In this document: one piece after another, positions 61,301 through 64,000 of the stretch
Position numbering within the stretch: the first letter of the stretch is position 1
Layout: every line of letters starts with the position of its first letter
Source of the DNA: Phallusia mammillata
Taxonomy: Eukaryota
NCBI GenBank assembly: GCA_965637545.1
Contig: OZ281496.1
Location: forward strand, 21,886,001-21,950,000
Direction of reading: 5' to 3'
Length of the DNA: 64,000 bases
The notes under the pieces: generated by a model
The model's database searches: none
What the model was told of the DNA's origin: nothing
What the model saw: only the letters and a program-made list of their open reading frames with translations
Program-made: the position numbers and the translations under genes

Positions 61301-63199
61301 CGAAAATTGGTTGGTGATTTGAAAGGGGTGCAGCAAGGAAAAAAGGTTAAGAACCACTGGTCTAGAATATCTGTCTTGTGCTTAATCATGGTCCATGTCA
61401 TGATAACATGTAACACGAAATCAGAAAAGGCCCCCATCTCGTGGTAAAACTATATTTATGAGGGGTAGTTTCATGTACATTATTTATTGTCGGAAAAATA
61501 ACTTTGATATAACATATGAGCAATGTGCGCTTTGGACGCAACAATTCTACCAATTTGCTATTGGGCAACTATACTCAAAAATAATCTGTAACCAAACTTA
61601 CACATCGACAAAATTGAAGCATTCAGCCCCGGTAAGAATCCATCTGTCTGATATTATACTTCCCCCACACACGAACGCCGTGCTGTTGTCGGCTTCAACT
61701 TTGGCAACAATTGCCATCCATGGCCATGTTCCGTTCTCCGCTGTCGTACCGCCGTAAATACGACCGGTCTAAACAATCATAAGTAACATCAAAGTCGTTT
61801 TCTAGAATGGTCTTGCGGTTGGACACAAAAAAGAACTAAACACTATCTATTATTAATTCATTATTACACGCTTTAAAATAAATTTTTCATTTGCATAACA
61901 TGCAACAGTTTTTTTTTTTTGTAAATTGTTACGTTTTTATTTTGGCACCATCCCATGACGTTATAACGCATTTATATATTGTTTCTCTGTAACGAATTGT
62001 CGAGGAGAGTGGCCCAACGCGGCTACGAAACCGTCAGGTGAAGTTGTTGTTGAGCGGTGGTTGTGTTGCGACCGTAAATCTGCGCTGCTTGCCCCTTTTA
62101 TCGTTTTACTCTTTCAATATTTTAATACAAATTAATTTGGGTAACAACAGAACCAAAAAAATGCGTTACATAGTTGCAAATTTACTTGTTGACTATTATT
62201 GCAAAGCATCAGAGTCTTACCGGTTTGCTTCTTGTTCTTGTCCATTGTTTACCACAGTCGGTTAACGCGGTGGCTGAAAAACAATTTTATGTCGTTGTTG
62301 TTGTAAACTATACAGATTATGTTTGCAACGTTTTATGCGTGCAATGTTTATTTCATAGTATCAACAAAAACATTATTCTTCAATTTGTCATTTTGCAAGC
62401 TTCATGCAAGAGTTTCGTTCACCACATTTTTCCATTTTTAAAAACTTTGGTAATTGCTTCCAAAAAGAATATATTCACAGGAATTGTAACGTAACGTAAC
62501 ACAAATATTGTCGTAATGCCAAACATATTAGTACATGTTCTAAACTCGAGTTTCGATGTGAAGTAGTTTTTATTGATTTGATCAAAATCGTGCGGAAAGT
62601 TACTATAGCTACGCTAAGCTATATAGTGAATGTTAGTATCGATACCCGTATAATCCAATAGCGAAATACTTTTACTTTTGTAACTTGTTAAATGCGAAAA
62701 TACATACACACAATAGAATATACAAACATAACACTCAACTTTACCCGGCCTTACTTGAACAAGTTGGAGTGACAGTACTCCACCCGCTATCGGTGCATGT
62801 TTTCGTTTTACTACCATGAAGTACGTATCTGTCTTCGCAAGTAAAAGTGATAACCGATCCCACAGAATAAGTTGATAGATCCGGGCTCACGGATCCACGA
62901 TATATCGTTGGTCGGTAACATGTTGAGTCTTTAAAAAGACAGTTCGTTAGTCCGCTTACGATGCGTTGGTGGAGATGTAGGTATATTGCATTAGTACAAT
63001 GCCAACCCTGTTTTATTAGGTCTACCTGTTTCAGAGGCTACTTAATGTTACCACTTTTTTGCGTGTCAGAACAGAACGTCATTAAAATCTAAATATAATG
63101 AGTTAAAAATATGTTTGTTTTTCTATGCTTACCTGCAAATTTCGCTAAAGCAATTAAACATAAACAAAGTCCAACATTGTGTTTCCATCCACTGTACAT
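52327..63199 (-). CDS. G9: SP-CCP-PSP-5xCCP-PSP-EGF-GPI poly-pseudoprotease (965 aa)
   Basis: Exons: 63133-63199, 62755-62928 (CCP), 62221-62273, 61602-61768 (TGAEC), 60936-61031, 60654-60805, 59575-59735, 59086-59230 (GDSGGP), 58505-58693, 57854-58024, 57120-57305, 56429-56623 and 55960-56136 (5 CCP), 55452-55495, 55200-55375 (TAASC), 55048-55143, 54424-54578, 54197-54357, 52983-53127 (GDFGGP), 52770-52799, 52327-52484 (EGF plus ..RIPFILLILTTFLVLNLLL*). Total 2898 nt, open. Confidence 0.88.
53206..53971. mobile_element. Older hAT-type MITE hosting a nested insertion
   Basis: Imperfect termini CAGGGGTACACAGTC / GGTTGTGCACCTCTG; TSD not recognisable. Confidence 0.55.
53341..53834. mobile_element. 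Nested hAT (Buster-like) MITE
   Basis: TIR CAGGGGTTCCCAACC; exact TSD ATCTAATG. Confidence 0.92.
53993..54102 (+). mobile_element. tRNA-derived SINE, intronic copy
   Basis: A-box TGGCCTAATGG (54004-54014), B-box GGTTCGAACCC (54082-54092), A tail; homologous to 36646-36770. Confidence 0.85.
58210..58389. mobile_element. hAT-type MITE
   Basis: Termini CGGTGGTGGGATTCA / TGAATACCACCACTG; TSD degenerate. Confidence 0.65.
59885..60177. mobile_element. hAT-type MITE, CAGAGTTG family
   Basis: CCGAGTTGTAAA..TTACAACTCTG; TSD ACGTAGTC / ACGTAGAC (7 of 8). Confidence 0.8.
61174..61359. mobile_element. hAT (Buster-like) MITE
   Basis: TIR CAGGGGTTCTTAACC / GGTTAAGAACCACTG; exact TSD GTCTAGAA. Confidence 0.92.
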
Positions 63200-64000
63200 T
63201 GTGTTTCCATCCAACTCGAAATTAAATAAGAAATTTCAGCTCCTATTTCAAAAAACTGCAAATTGTTACACCCGTTTCTTGTAATGGGCCGAAACGTAAA
63301 GAGTTTTCTTGCGACCAACTATTCTTTCTGTTCTAATTAAACGCTTCTGGACATTTATATCATGCACCTATAAACACTGTTGATTGTTTTGTCTATTTTC
63401 CACCACCCCTTCATATCTTCGAGGAGCTGTTTGTTGTTTTTAGTTTCCTATTTTTAGTTATATGCTCTACCTAAATACTGAGTCATGTACTGTATTCATA
63501 CACTAAATATTTTTGTAATGATTATTATCAATTTATGCGTTTGGACTGCACAAGAATTTCTATTTGTTTTTAAAAAGCCAGTTGCCTTAAGATTTTGTAA
63601 TGCACCAACAATATTCAAGAAGGCTATTTTTTGCATTTGTACTTCACTGGGTTTTATCAGACGGATCTCAGCTAACTTCTGCCTTCTAAATACTGTAAAA
63701 TAATTTAAACCCACAAAATCCTGTAAAAGTAACAAAACGATATACGTATATTTTTTTTTCAAACGAAATATGCGTATGTGCTAATTTTGATTTCTATTTC
63801 TAGTCAATTGGGTTTGAGGATCCTTTCAAGCTATTCTCAAACTAACTAGTCCAGTGTTTATATTTAAGTACGTATCACCTTTGAGTTGCATCCAATCAAA
63901 AGTGTTTGCGATCTTGTTTTGTATTGTGAATAACAGCAATGAATCAGGTTGTATTTGTTTTTACTTAAAATGTGTCACGTAATACAAACAAAGCTTTCCA

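Noticed and set aside
3001-62494. Plus-strand ORFs of 60-122 aa throughout the window
   Set aside because: They are antisense shadows of minus-strand exons, MITE interiors or low-complexity AT-rich frames. None shows a protein motif.
62614-62817. ORF with an IAGG motif suggesting another protease N-terminus
   Set aside because: It is the wrong frame of the CCP exon 62755-62928.
63496-63762. 88-aa minus-strand ORF upstream of G9
   Set aside because: No recognisable domain and no convincing splice-site pair. It might belong to a gene outside the window, but this cannot be supported here.

Overview
AT-rich, intron-containing animal genomic DNA, plausibly a tunicate (inferred only from compact introns of about 56-1500 nt and composition). 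The ORF track shows only exon fragments, so genes were rebuilt by hand from splice signals and reading frame. The whole window is a co-oriented minus-strand tandem array of chymotrypsin-fold (S1A) serine-protease HOMOLOGUE genes. G1: 5' part only (1-852). G2: SP-PSP-CCP-PSP-GPI. G3: pseudogene. G4: SP-PSP-CCP-PSP-2xCCP-PSP-EGF-GPI. G5: 3' pseudogene fragment. G6: SP-PSP-2xCCP-PSP-EGF-GPI. G7: SP-PSP-EGF-GPI, with a tRNA-SINE inside exon coding sequence. G8: SP-PSP-3xCCP-PSP-EGF-GPI. G9: SP-CCP-PSP-5xCCP-PSP-EGF-GPI. None of the 13 readable protease domains keeps His57, and only 2 of 14 keep Ser195. Activation sites, disulfide cysteines and reading frames are nevertheless conserved. This looks like a rapidly recombining family of membrane-anchored poly-pseudoproteases, probably binding or recognition proteins. 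The introns carry many hAT-type MITEs, a piggyBac-like element and two tRNA-derived SINEs. Abbreviations: SP signal peptide, PSP pseudoprotease domain, CCP sushi domain; residue numbers are chymotrypsin numbering.
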